Shown: in pieces, positions 25,201 to 38,330 of the stretch
How positions within the stretch are numbered: position 1 is the first letter of the stretch
How the letters are laid out: each line of letters opens with the position of its first letter
Source of the DNA: Felis catus
Lineage: Eukaryota
NCBI RefSeq assembly: GCF_018350175.1
Contig: NC_058369.1
Coordinates: 12,092,001 to 12,156,000 of the forward strand
DNA length: 64,000 bases
Direction: 5' to 3'
The notes under the pieces: model-generated
Database searches by the model: none
Told to the model about the DNA's origin: nothing
The model's input: only the letters and a program-made list of their open reading frames with translations
Made by a program: the position numbers and the translations under genes

Positions 25201-28200
25201 ATGCCTGTGGACATACCCAGGACAGGGTCCGGGACAGTACAGCTGTTATGCAGGCCCAGCCCTGCCTTTGGAGCTTCAGACCCTTCATACCTGCCCTGGG
25301 AGGCCTCAGGGTGCAGAGAATTCAAGCTTTCCTGAGGAAGCTGGAACAGTGTGAAACTGTGTGGAATAGCATGGGTGCATTCAGGAACCAAGGCTGTCCC
25401 CGGCAGCACTGAGCTCAGATGGCCTCTCCAGGACCTGAGCCCTTAGCCAACAACTGCCAACCTCAAGCCTGAAGCCAGGAAGACTTAACTGGCCCCCATG
25501 TGCTGCCCTTTCACAGAAACTTGACTTTGTAACAGAAAAGAGGCCACCATGCGGGACAGAGGAAACTGAGCTGTTAGCACTCAGCCTCACACATTTCCCA
25601 CGGACAGTCCCAGGCCCGATGGGGGCTCATTCCACTACTCCTGAACCCCATCTCTAAAGCAAAGGGCATTTGAGACCCAAATGGCCAAGCCAGACCCTGG
25701 AAATGGGGCATGAGGACCAACAGGGCACCAGTTACCCCATCAGTGGAGTGGATGGAAAAAGCCCCCATATGCATGATACCAACCCAACGCTACCGTCGAG
25801 GGCTGGGGGCCCTGCCTCACCCCGGTGTCCCCAAGCACCCCACGCGTGCCCTTCCATTCCTGACCGTGGCTGGGCCCAGACACCGTTTTGATCTCGCTCT
25901 GTTCGGTCGATCTGGCATCACAAGTTTGATCTCTGTGAAAACCACAGCTCAGGGGCTGTTATCTGCTATCGGCGGCAGGGGTGAGGGTGGTTTTGGGGCC
26001 TCGAAGTATGTGTGCTTCTCAGAAGAGCGGGCCCATGTCATCATAGGGTAGGTGGCACAAAACAGCCAGGTTATCAGGCCTCCTCATCGTGATCCTGGCC
26101 CGATTAGAGCCTTTAACGTCCCCAAAGACTTGTTTACGGGACTTATGTTTAAGATTTTCGGCCGGATGCCTCCTGGTCTCACAGCCAAGGGGTCAGAGCT
26201 GGGGAGAGGGAAGGCAGGTTTGCGCTGGGGGGCTTCCTGGAGGAAGGGACACTGGAAAGGGTCTCAGGGGGAGGGAGTGAGGGTTCGTGACAGAAGGTGG
26301 GGAGGGCACTGGGGAGAGAGGGACCCCCACGGTCAAAGTCTTGGAGGTGAGGACCTCCAAGAGAGCTGGGGCTCCCATCTCAGGGGCGGTGGGGATTTTG
26401 CAGTTTAAACCGGGGAGGGCGAGGCGGGGGACCAAGGGTGAGGGTCGGATCCCCCGTCCTGCCCTGGCCACGTAAAGGGACCTCAGCTTGCACTCTGAGC
26501 CTCGGGGTTCCCATCTGTGAAATGGGGATGGTGGGAGCACCGGCCCCGCCTGGGTGCCGTGAGGAAAAAGTGCAAGGTCTCGGGATGCCCATTAAGGGAC
26601 GAGCCCCAGGCAGGGATGAGCCGAAGGGGGCCGGCCCGGCAGTACTATCGAGAAATGGGAACCCCGTGGGGATGGAAGGTAGAGTCGTGGGCGCCCAGGG
26701 CTGGGGGCGCAGGGGGATTGGGAGGCTGAGAGCTAAGCGTCATGGGGCTGCTGCCTGAGATGCTCGGAAGCGGCCCGTGGTGGTGGTGGCACAGCCCTGC
26801 AGATACACCGAAAACCGTGGCCTTCAGGCTTTAAGTGGGTGAATGATGCTACGTGCCGTTATATCTCAGAAAACTGAAGACACAGGAGGCCCTTCCGCTT
26901 TAGAGCTGGAAAGCGCGGGAGGCCTCTCTCACCTCCTGGCAGAACTCCAAACCCGAGCCTCCCGGTAGGAGGTGTTTCAGGGAGAGGTGCTGAAGGAGGG
27001 AGGTAGTAACCTCCCCGTCACCCAAGTCGGAACCGGGTGAGCCTCCGCCGGGAACTCCAACCGACCCAGCGGCGCCTCCCCCTCCTCTGGCGGGACAGGT
27101 GCCAGGAGCCGCCCCTCAGATGTGGCATCAGGCACCGGGCCCCCTGCCCGCCCACGAGACTGGGCCAGCCTGGGGTTTCCGTGCACATTTGCTACCTGTC
27201 TACCTGCTAAGCCACTTCCTCCACGGGCTGCCGCCTGCCTGCCTGTCTGTCTGCTCGACAGGCCCCTGGCTTTCCCCCCCCCACCCCTCCGCTCCTGGAA
27301 AGGCCTGGCCCTCCCTCACCCACCCGCAATCCCTTGTCCTGCTTCCTGGTGAGCTGCCTATGGAGGACCTTACACATCGGGAGGGAGTATCCGTTTCAGA
27401 CCCTCTTTCTAGAAAGAGGGGTCCAGAGTCAGGGCCGGCATTGCCGCTGACCCCCCGGGGGTCCTCCAGGATAGCCGAGCTGCTCGGTTCCTACTCCTAA
27501 GCAACGGGGCTAAGATCGCCAACCACCCAGAATGGATGCGGCCACAGGGCCTTTGCACTGGCTGTGCCCCCTGCCGGGTGCGCAGTTCTCCCTGGCCTCT
27601 CTCCCCTCCCTGACTCCCCCCACCCTCACGCACAGATGCACCCTTTCTCCCCCTCACCTTACTTCATTCCTCTCCTGGACCCCTCAGTACCTGAAATTCT
27701 ATTTTGTGTCTACCTACTGATATCTTCCACTCGTCTCCCAGCGGCCTGAGAATCCTGTAAAGAAAAGGACTCCCACAGTCCCTGACACCCAGCAGGGGCT
27801 CCGGGTCTATTCTTCACGTGATTAAGGAAGCCAGTCTACCGAAACTGTGTGCACAAATTCAAGGGGAACATGGCGTGTGACTTCACAGCCAAGTTGGCAA
27901 GAAAATGTCGGAGGGTCGAGGAAAAACTTCAGGCGAGTTTTCAGAGTAAGCCTTAAAGCTCAAAGAAACTCTCTGCTCGGAGAAGGGTCAGGTTGGATCG
28001 TCCTGCCTCCCACCTCCAAGAGGCCAACTATGAGTAGCAGGACCCTGGGGACCCCCCCACCGAGACCCGCAGTGGCCCGGAGCTGCATTGCCCACCACCG
28101 CCCGCCTACGGGTGGTCCCCAAACCAGAAGGAACATAAGGGGAAAAAGACCCTTCCCTCCGGGCCTCTGTGCACGATCACCGGGAGCTCGGTTCCTGGCT

Positions 28201-28999
28201 GTCCAGGGACCGTTCTCCTGAGCCAGGGCCTGACCAGAGAGATCACCGGCAAGGAGAAGGAGGGATGTAAAATCGTGGGGTCTCTCAGGGCCCAAGCACA
28301 GCCCCAGTCAGGGGCCTGGGACACGGCCCTTAGCAAGTCCCTGCCCCATATGGCCGCTTGGGAACGGGCCTCCGTTTGGATGCTATCTCTGAGAAGGCCT
28401 CCGGGATATCCGTGCCTATCCGGAGCCGGGTTGGGGGTTCCTGGGGCTCTCCCACGGTTTCTACACCCCCACCCGAAACCTGGGGGCCCCCTTGCCCCAC
28501 CCCCAAGCATTTCTAGCTGGCTCCAAGGCCAACGGACACAAATCTGTTTCCCAACGCACTGCCCCAAGGTGGGGAGGCGTGCAGGTATGCCCTTCTGTCT
28601 GGGCCGAGGGAACATGGGAGCCTGGGCTGGGGACGGGGCCCTGGAGGACAGTCATGCGTGAGGGCTGAGCTGGCAAACAAAACCTGGGTTCGAATCCTGC
28701 CTCTGGTCACAGCTTGTGCATTTGCGATATCATTACCGCTATTATGATGATCTGTGAGATGATCTCTCTTCAGAGGGAGGCCGGCCCTTTTCTGGCGGGG
28801 GAGGGGTGTGTCAGAGGCACAGCATGGCCAACGGGCCCCAGAAAGGCAAGACACTGAGAAATGATGCCTGGAAGCGACTTTAGCACGTTTTCCTCCAAAC
28901 TGATCTCCTGGGTCTCTGAAGTTTCTGGCAAACACCTGCTCCCCTCCCCACCCTAGTCCCTCCACCACCTGCCTCACATAATCTGCAGTCTCATGGCTC

Positions 29000-29380
29000 C
29001 TCGGGAGCCCAGTCGTGTCCCACCCCAGGACCTTTGCACGTGCTGTTACTTCTGCCCAGAGCGCCAGTCTCCTCAATTCTCACACATTTCTCCCCTCCTT
29101 CAAGTCTCAGCTCAAACGTCACCTCCTCAGAGAGGGCCCCTGGAGAGGTCCCCCCCAGGGACTAACAGGGCCACCTCTCCCCACTCTCTCCGTGCTCCCA
29201 TTTACCCAATTCCCTGTCTCTACCAGGACTTGTAATAGGATCATCAGACCCCCCTCCCCCCGGAACGTCAGCTCCGTGAGGCAGGACTGGGTCTATCTTG
29301 TTTACTGCTGTGTCCCCAGGGTGTAGGGGAGGGGGGCGGGAGGGGGGAACCTGACACACGGTAGGTGCTCAGGAAACTCA
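29000..29380 (+). mobile_element. LINE-2 relic
   Basis: ggacctttgcacgtgctgtt...tcagctcaaacgtcacctcctcagagagg...acacggtaggtgctcag. Confidence 0.7.
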
Positions 29381-30223
29381 GAGAACCAAGGACACCCATT
29401 TGGGGAAGGCTGATGCAGGCAGAGAGGGAGGCAGAAGAACGGGGCTGTCGCTTCATGCTACAGACCCAGCAGTGGGGCCAGGGGCGGCGGGGATGTGCCC
29501 AAGTCCTCTGTCCCTGCCCCCCAACCAATGCCCCAGTGACCCCATTGACCCTCTTCTTTCTCAATATCCTCCCTTGAACCACTTCCCTCCCCAGAGCCAC
29601 CTCATCCTGGGGGGGCGGGGGTCAAACACACTCTTGCCTGTGGGTTCCTCTCGGCCTTCCCCAAGCCCTGCAGCGAGAAGAGATGCCATCACTATTCCCC
29701 TGTGCAGATGAGGAACAGACTCAGGGGCCCAGAGAGGGGAAGTGGGGGCCCGGGGTGCTCCAGAAAACTCGGTCTTCAAGATAAGTAACACATGATGCAA
29801 CATTTTCGAAAATCAAAACGGGTGTGCAAACAGCCGCCACGAACGGAGCACGGCCAGCCTAAATAAAGACAGGGCTGACCCAACACGGGTGGGATCTCGC
29901 CTCACTGTCCCCAGCCCAATCCCAGAGGGAAACCAGGCTTTGGAGGGATGGCCGTCCAGCCCCAGACGCAGTCCCCGACGAAGCTCTGGTTCCGGGCGGA
30001 GATCGTCAGAGGCCAGGCCCACGGGAGCACTGATGGGAGGCCTGGCCCATAGGCTCCAGCTGAGTGTCACAGGGAGGTGGCCAACACGGGGCCAGGGACA
30101 CCAGTGGCAGGACCCAGACTGCAGGAAGCTGCAGGACAGGGGACAAGGGACCCTCATAAACAAAGAGCAAGGAGAAATAAAGAAGGAGAGAGGAGAAGCT
30201 TTCTGTTAAAGAGACGTAAGAGA

Positions 30224-30449
30224 GGGGCGCCTGGGTGGCGCAGTCGGTTGAGCGTCCGACTTCAGCCAGGTCACGATCTCGCGGTCCGTGGGTTCGAGCC
30301 CCGCGTCGGGCTCTGGGCTGATGGCTCGGAGCCTGGAGCCGGTTTCCGATTCTGTGTCTCCCTCTCTCTCTGCCCCTCCCCCGTTCATGCTCTGTCTCTC
30401 TCTGTCCCCAAAATAAATAAACGTTGAAAAAAAAATTAAAAAAAAAAAA
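30224..30449 (+). mobile_element. Young full-length SINEC_Fc with perfect 16-bp TSD
   Basis: TSD aaagagacgtaagaga at 30208-30223 and 30450-30465; CpGs intact; long A tail. Confidence 0.96.
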
Positions 30450-30726
30450 AAAGAGACGTAAGAGATATTTCAACTCAGTGCTACACTGGGTTCAAAAAGG
30501 ACTCAAACAAACCAATTGCAAAAAGAAACATATATATATTTGTTCTTAATTATACAAATATAAATCTAAAATGTTGGTACATATTTGTATATAGTATATG
30601 TGTATTTGTATACTGTATATGATTCACATGCATCATATATTCACATATGTTTGCATATACTAGATTCACATGCATTTACACGATACCATTGGTCTCTGTA
30701 TATCACATATGCACACGCACACGTGC

Positions 30727-31469
30727 ACACAATCCTCATTATTCACCAGAAACACTGAATTCGTGAATACTTGGACCATCGACCCCACGGGAAATACAGG
30801 GTTAGTTTCCTACAAGCCTCTGGGCACAACGTGTTCATCAACCGGACCACAGACAACCTTGTTTTATGTGTGTTTCTGTTCACAGGTGCCTTGTTGCGGC
30901 GGGTGGCTCAGTGGGTTAAGCGTCCGACTCTTGATCTGGGCTCAGGTCACGATCTCACGATCGTGAGATCGAGCCCTGCCTCGGGCTCTGCACTGCCAGC
31001 GGGAGGCTGCTTGGGAGCCTCTCTCTCCCGCTCTCTCTCTCTGTCCTTCTTCCCTCCCCCCCCCCCCGCAGCCAAATAAATAAATAAACATTAAAAAAAA
31101 AAAAAGACACTTGGTCGAATACAGTGCTGCTGATTTGTTAACACTGAACCCGCGGCCAACAGCGCTACGACTCGTGCGGGAATGAAGTTCATTGACCGTA
31201 TTTCCTCCGCGCAGCTCGCGTCCTCACACGTCGGACCCCTGGCAGCTACACGTGGGGGCCTTTCAAACAGCAAAGTCACCAACGAAAAATACAAGATCTA
31301 TAGAACGAGGAGGCCACGCCGGGTCCGCCTCAGCTGGGAACGTGCGCGTCAGCAACTCAAATTTTTGCCACTCCGCGTGTGTCCATGAACCCATGTAGGG
31401 GTCACAAATAAATTCTAGTGAGCGGGAGAATTCGCAAAAACAGCATCTGCAAATAATGAGGAGTGACTG
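30727..31469. mobile_element. TcMar-Tigger non-autonomous DNA transposon (MER82-like), interrupted by a SINE at ~30897-31104
   Basis: Inverted termini tcctcattatt (30732) and aataatgagga (31452); internal phrases gaaatacagggttag, cagctgggaacgtgcgcgtc and ggggtcacaaataaatt. Confidence 0.75.
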
Positions 31470-31567
31470 CGTATCTTCGTATATAATATCTGCAATTATA
31501 TAAAAGTATTTAAACGTGTCATATATTGACGCATAGTATGTAAATCTGTATTTGACTACAAATATAT

Positions 31568-31780
31568 ATTTTTTATTTTTTTTAATGTTTACCTATTTTT
31601 GAGAGAGACGGAGCGTGAGCAGGGGAGGGGCAGAGAGAGAAGGAGACACAGAATCCGAAGCAGGCTCCAGGCTCTGAGCTGTCAGCACAGAGCCCGACAC
31701 GGGGCTCGAACTCGCAAACTGTAAGATCGTGACCTGAGCTGAAGTCGGATGCTTAACTGACGGAGCCACCCAGGCGCCCC
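31568..31780 (-). mobile_element. Can-SINE (SINEC_Fc-like)
   Basis: Full-length; near-perfect TSD tgtattt(g/a)actacaaatat. Confidence 0.93.
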
Positions 31781-32068
31781 ATGTATTTAACTACAAATAT
31801 TGATATAAATATCATAAATACATATTGACCTATACATATTTATATAGGTAAACATGCAATATATATTTATATATTATATATGTGGAAGTCAGGGATGGTG
31901 GAGATTCGCTGGTTAAAAAAACCAGAAAGACATAAATAAACCCCAGTTGGTACCTGACTTGTCCCTCCTCCTTGGTCTCGCCTCCTAGAATCTGGCTGGA
32001 TGGGCCTGAGTGTTCAGGTCACCGCCGAGACCCTCACACGCACAAGACCCTCAATGTAAATCCGTCGT

Positions 32069-32245
32069 GGGGGTGCCTGGGTAGCTGTCGGTTGAGCATC
32101 CGACTTCGGCTCAGGTCACGATCTCACATTTCGTGGGTTCGAGCCCCACATCGGGCTCTGTGCTGACAGCTCAGAGCCCCGTTCAGATCCTCTGTCCCCC
32201 GCTCTCTCTGCCCCTCCCTCTCAAAAAATAAATAAACATTTAAAA
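32069..32245 (+). mobile_element. Can-SINE
   Basis: Head, B-box, CT tract and aaaaataaataaac tail. Confidence 0.9.
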
Positions 32246-32749
32246 CATACATGTATATAAATCCTTCACGGAAGGAGGAGAGGGAGCTCAGGACGGTGGC
32301 TGGCCTGCCTGGGTCCACACAGTGACAGCGGCAGAGCTGGGATCTGAGCCCAGTCCCTGTCACCATGCCAACCTCTCTTACCTGGCTTTTCTGCAGGCCA
32401 GGCCTTCTTTCCTCGTCCCTGGGGTCCTCGGAGGGTCCTCGCTAACGCTACAGCCTCCGGGTGCTCTCTGAGCCTCAGTTTCCCCCTGTGTGAACGGGAC
32501 ACACGTGTTGCCGCCCAGCTCCGGCACGTGGAGCTCCACTGTGACCCAGATGCCCCAGGGTGTCCATGCTTCAGGGCGTCGTCTCCCCCTTCACCACTCA
32601 CTGGATTTAGTCCAGGCCCTGGGCTGCCCCAGGAATGATCATGGTCGTTCATTCGCTCGCGTATTTCACAAATATTTCTCTTTTTTCCCGTGTTTATTTA
32701 TTTTGAGAGAGAGAGAGACAGCGTGCGAGGTGGGGAGCTAGAACTTTTC

Positions 32750-33725
32750 TCAAAGCTTGCTGAGGGAAGGTGAGAGGGTGCAACCACTTTGGAAAACAGC
32801 CTGGCAGCTTGAAGCCCTTAACCGTCGTGGGTGATGGAAACGTTCTGGCACGAGACGGGCGAGATGGTTGCATAACAACGTGGATGAACTCAGTGCCCTG
32901 AAACGTTCGCTTGAAGACGGTTAAGTTCCTGTCACTCAAATTTCACCTCCATTAAAAAAAAAAAAGAAAGAGTTAGGGGTCCCTGGGTGGCTCAGATCAT
33001 GATCTCATGGTTCACAAGTTCGAGCCCCGCGTCGGGCTCTGTGCTGACAGCTCAGAGCCTGGAGCCAGTTTCGGATTCTGTGTCTCCCTCTCTCTCTGCC
33101 CCTCCCCCTCCCCCGCTCATGCTCTCTCTCCGTCTCTCTCTCTCTCTCTCTCTCTCTCAAAAATAAACATTAAAAAATTAAAAAAAAAAAAAGATTAAAC
33201 AACACACGTTCCATTTGACCCAGTCATTCTTCACGCAGGTATTTACTCAAGAGAAATGAAAAGATACGTCTTTGGAATGTTCGTAGCCCCTTTAGTCGTA
33301 ATCTCGGAGACGGGGGAGAACACGTATGTCCATCAACTGGTGGAGGGAGGAACACGCTGTCCACCCATGCACGGAACAGGCGTCAGCCGCGAGGAGGAAG
33401 TGCTGTGACACACAACAGCACGGAGGGAGCCCAGGAGTACGATGCCAAGAGGAAGAAGGCAGGGGCTCACCTCCTGGGTGATCCCATCCATGTGAGATTC
33501 CAGAAAGCGTAGACGGAGGGAGACAGAAAGCAGACCGTGGATGCCTGGGATGAAGGCGGGTGTTGGGGGCAGGGCGGGCAGGGGTCACAGGGGACCCAGG
33601 AAATGTGCAGGGATGACCTGGCCACGAATTCCATCGCGGGTCTCCGGTTGTCTGAAAACACATCCTTTGCACAGTCTATATAAGTGCAGTTTATTACGCG
33701 TGCACCGTATTGCAGTAAAGCTGTA
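32750..33725 (+). mobile_element. L1M 3' relics with a Can-SINE inserted at ~32976-33192
   Basis: caaccactttggaaaacagcctggcag, atttactcaagagaaatgaaa, atgtccatcaactgg; SINE body with a long (CT)n. Confidence 0.75.
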
Positions 33726-35299
33726 ACCCACCTCTCCTGTGCTCCTGGCGGGGAGACAGGCAGGGAGCACGGGAAGGAAGCAGTGAGGGGGGCTGTTTTA
33801 TTCCAGGTGAATGGGGACGGCTGCCTACTGGGTCACGCTGGACCACAGACCCCAAGGAGGTGGGGAGAGGAGCCATGTGGCTTCCTGGGGGTAGGGTGTT
33901 CTGAGCAGAGGGAACAGCCAGTGCAAAGGTCCTGAGGCAGGGAGGCCTGTGTGGCTGGAACAGAGTGGGGGAAGGAGACAAGGGGAGGGTGGGTTGGGCA
34001 GAAGGGTGTCTGGGAACTTCTACAAGGGAGGCTGGCGCAGGGCGACAGTGGAGGGAAGGAGCAGGGTCAGGAGACATTATGGAGGCCGAGAATGTTCCAA
34101 TGGCCTGAATGAGGGGGGAAGGGAGAGGAAGGGGTTGGGCGACTATCCCTCATGTCTCTGAGGGGGTCAGACCCCATCTCATCTGTCTCACGTTCCTCTC
34201 TCCAATCCACTCGGCCCCAGGGTGATCCCAGGCCCAAGTCCCAGTGAACCGAGGCAATCTTGACCAACGTCACTGACCCTCGAGGCTGACAAAAGGCTTG
34301 TGTCCTCTCTGGCCAGAGGCAGAGGCCTCCCCAACAGACGCATCCCTGTCTGGGCCCAAACTGCAGCGATTTCATAAAAAGGAAGTTTTAAAAGAAAACC
34401 ATTTTTAGATACCCCAGATTATGATTTTGGAAAAGTTGCAATGACCGTGCAGAGAGTTCTGGTCTCCCCTTCCCTCCGCCTCCTCCCAACCCCCCGCCAC
34501 CCCGAGCACCAACTTCTCACGTGTCTTTCAAAGCAGACGAATTCACGTGGGGACAACGCTGTTCGCCAAACTCCAGGCCTTCTTTGGATTTCTTCAGATC
34601 TCCCTCTGGTGTTCCAGGATCCCGTCTGGACACCCCCAGTTAGCCCTCAATTTTCACCAGCATTTTCTCCGCCTTCCCCACCACGTTCCAGGGAGTTAAT
34701 ACATTTTTGCATTTCCAGACCGGCTGAGCGATGACAGGGTTCCAAATGCCCTTCGCCCGGTTTCCCCCGAACGCAGACATCTTGTACGACCGTGGTGCGT
34801 TGGTCAGATCGAAGATGCTACGCTGCCCGTGGTTTTAAACCGTCACCAGGACAGCCCCCCCTGAAACACGTACGGGGCGGGAGCCTCAGCCTCCCATGAC
34901 TTCAAGTTTGGGGTCGGGCGGGTTAGGGCTTCTAGTTCCAGCTCGGCAGTCATATCCTGCTGTGTGACCTTGAGCAGGTCGCTTCACCTCTCTGAGCCTG
35001 TTTGATCTTCTGTAACACGCGTGGAGGGCTGGCCTCCTGGGAGAACGGGCTGGGCACCGGTAGGCACTCGACAAATGTCGGCACGTTTTAGTTTTATACG
35101 TTTAGTTTAGTTTTACGGGTGCCCGAAGGCCTCAGCATCCGCCCGTGGAATAAAGGGGCAGACGTACAGTTCCTTAGACCAAAACAGAACCCGCAGGGTT
35201 TGATTCCCCAAGAGAGACACATGGATGGGCCGGGAACCCTTCCCACCCCCATACAGACACACTTCGGAACGTGCGGACGTTTTTTAAAAAAAGCTGGTG

Positions 35300-36670
35300 G
35301 TAGTTTTTGTAACAAAATACTCCATCGTAACCATTTTTAAGCACACAGCCCGGTGACATGAAGCACATTCCCATAGGTGGGCGGCTGGTGTCACCACCTT
35401 CCGTCTCCAGAACCGGTTCATCTTGCAAAACAGCCTCTGTCCCCATTAAACATGAACTCCCCACCCCCTCCCCCAGCCCCTGGCACCCCACATCCTACTT
35501 CCTGTCTCTGTGAAGGTGATCACTCCAGGGGCCTCATGTAAGTGGAATCATGCTGTCTTTGTCCTTTTAAGGCTGGCTGACTTCACTCAATTTGATGTCC
35601 TCAAGGTTCATCCGTGTTGTACCGTGGGGCAGAAGTCTCTCCTTTTTGGAGTGCCTGGGTGCCTCCCTCGGTTAAGTGTCCAACTTCAGCCCCGGTCATG
35701 ATCTCGCGGTCCATGAGTTCGAGCCCCGCATCGGGCTCTGTGCTGACAGCTCGGAGCCTGGAGCCTGCTTCGGATTCTGTGTCTCCCTCTCTCTCTGCCC
35801 CTCCCCTGCTCACACGCTGTCCCCCTCTCTCTCAAAAATAAACAAACATTAAAAAAAAGTTTCTTTCCTTTTTAAGACCGAATATGATTCTGGGGAGCCT
35901 GGGTGGCTCAGTCAGTTAAGCATCCGACTTCGGCTCAGGTCTTGATCTCAGGGAAGTGAGTTCGAGCCTCATATTGGGCTCCATGTTGGGTGTGGAGCCT
36001 ACTTAAAAATCTTTAAAGTTTAGGGGCGCCTGGGTGGCTCGGTCGGTTAAGCGTCTGACTTCGGCTCAGGTCATGACCTCACGGTCCATGAGCTCGAGCC
36101 CCGCATCGGGCTCTGTGCCGACAGCTCGGAGCCTGGAGCCTGCTTCGGATTCTGGGTCTCCCTCTCTCTCTGCCCCTCCCCTGCTCATGCTCTGTCCCTG
36201 TCTGTCTCTCAATAATAAATAAACGTTAAAAACACACACACACAAAGACCGAATGTGATTCCATCATACGGATGCCACGCTTTGTGTATCTGTCCCTGGA
36301 CGGGTGGGTTCATTCCGTCTTTTGTTCGACTACCGTGAACAACGCCTCCGTGGCCATGGTGTACATGTGCCTCTTTGAGACCCTGCTCTCAATTCTTTCA
36401 GAGATACACCCAGAAGTGGGGTTGCTGGACCACACGCTAATTCTATGTTTAATCTTTTTAGGGACAGCCATATTGTTTCCCACAGGGGCTGCGCCATTTT
36501 GACATTTCCACCAACAGGGCGCCGGGGTTCAAATGCCTCCACCTCCTCCCCCACACTTGTTATTTTCTGGGGTTTTGGTAGCAGCTATTCTAATGGGTGT
36601 GAATTGGTATCTCGTGGTGGTTTTGATTTGCATTTCCCTGATGTGCTCTTGGGCCATTTGTATATCTTCT
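35300..36670 (-). mobile_element. L1MB-like element carrying three clustered + strand SINEs (35648-35858, 35892-36008, 36023-36240)
   Basis: L1M phrases continue across the insertions; TSD-like aagaccgaat(a/g)tgattc at 35874 and 36245. Confidence 0.85.
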
Positions 36671-37254
36671 TTGGATTCGAACATGTTGTTAATTCCTGGG
36701 CGCCACTCGGAAGCAAAGAGCAAGTGTGGGCGGCCTCCTTCCGGCAAAGGCCGGCAGCTTCCTCACAAGCCGTCTGACCACCTACTGTGCGCCAGGTGGT
36801 CTCCGAGGCGGAGACCCGGGCTCCCTCGAGACCGGCTCGCTGTTCACTGCTCTGCCACACTACCTCGCGTCTCCACGCCTTTCCACATGCAGTTCCCTGT
36901 GCCCGGAATGGCCCTCTCGCCTGCTCCGCCAGCAACACAGAGAACTCCTACTCATCCATCAAAACCCAGCCCCAAACGTCTTCCTCTGTGACATCACTCC
37001 TGCTTATTCCCGTCCGGGTATCCATTCAGCCACCACACATTCACACAGGGCACGGGGCGGGTGGCATCGGCCAAGAAAAGAGTCCCCGCCCCCATTCGGC
37101 CCACAGTCTTGCCGTGACCTCTCTTACGGTCACAGCTCCACTGTCCTCAGTTACTGCTTATTATCTGGGTGCCTCAGGACTCGCTCCCTCCCTGAGACGG
37201 TATTCGTGCCCGCGTAGCGTATGCCCCGAGGCGCTGAATTCTCCCCACTGGCAC

Positions 37255-37355
37255 CCCCATTTTACAGATGAGGAACCCGAGACTCGGAGGTTAAATGGCT
37301 TGCCCAAGGTCACACGGCTGCTAAGTGGCAGAACTGGGATTTGAATGCAGTCCGC
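37255..37355 (-). mobile_element. MIR core (representative; further MIR pieces near 12.0, 20.05, 21.9, 34.95, 47.7 and 49.9 kb)
   Basis: cccattttacagatgaggaacccgagactcggaggttaaatggcttgcccaaggtcacacggct...gggatttgaa. Confidence 0.85.
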
Positions 37356-37719
37356 CCACCTTGAAAGTGCACGGGGCACGGTTTCTCCTTTAAAGGGATC
37401 GGCTGTCAAATCTTCTCAGCCCTCCTGAGCCCATCCTCAGACCCCTGCTGTGTCCTTGCCCCTACCTCCCCAGCTTTTGAGCCCAACTCCTTGGCCAGAG
37501 AACCCACCTCCCTCTATCTGGACCATATACCTCTGTTGATGTGGCAGAGCCTCACCGCATCCCAGGGCCCTCCCCCCCCCCCCCGCCCCCTGCTGAGTCA
37601 TATCAACCCAACGGAACCCTGAAGTTTTTCTCACAGGTGCTACTGACATGCCGTTATCTCCCCCACCTGCTCCTGGACACTTCCTTTCCTTGAACCCAAG
37701 GGCAGGGCTGAGCCTTGTT

Positions 37720-38330
37720 ATTTTTTATTATTGTGGTGAAATTCACGTAACATAAAACCTACTATTTTAAAGTAAACAGCAGAGTGGTCTTTAGCACATT
37801 CACAAGGTCATGCCACCGTCACCTCGGCCTAATTCCAGACCTGTTTCATCACCCCAAAGGAGACCCCCTCCCCATTTCCCCTCCCCCGGCCCCCGGCAAC
37901 CACTCGTCTACTTTCTATCTCTATGGATTTGCCTGTTCTGGACGTTTTGTACAGACGTGACCCCACAACAGGTGGCCCTCTGGGTCTCGCTTCTTTCGCT
38001 CAGCCTGATGTTTTCGAGGTTCGTCTACGGTGGAGCGTGTGTGGGGGCCCCGTGACTTTTTATGGCTGAGTAATAATCCACGGTGTAGACGGACCACGTT
38101 GTTTCTCACGTCATCGTTTGATGGACATTTGGGTCTTTTTCACCGTTTGGCGCTTGTGATCAGTGCTGCTGGGAACGTGCGTGTGCAAGTTTCATTCGAA
38201 CACCTGTTTTTGATTTTGGAGCGTATATTCCTGGGAGTCTAATTGCTGGGTCGTATGGTAATTCTATGTTTACATTTTTGAGGAAATGCCAAGCTTCAGT
38301 GACTGTACCGTTTTAGACTTCCCCTCAGCA
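37720..38330 (-). mobile_element. L1MB-like 3' end
   Basis: aaattcacgtaacataaa...ctatggatttgcctgttctggac...aattgctgggtcgtatggtaattctatgttt. Confidence 0.82.

Noticed and set aside
30224..30305. tRNA-like sequences with A and B boxes
   Set aside because: These are tRNA-derived SINE heads followed by CT tract, A tail and TSDs; they are not tRNA genes.
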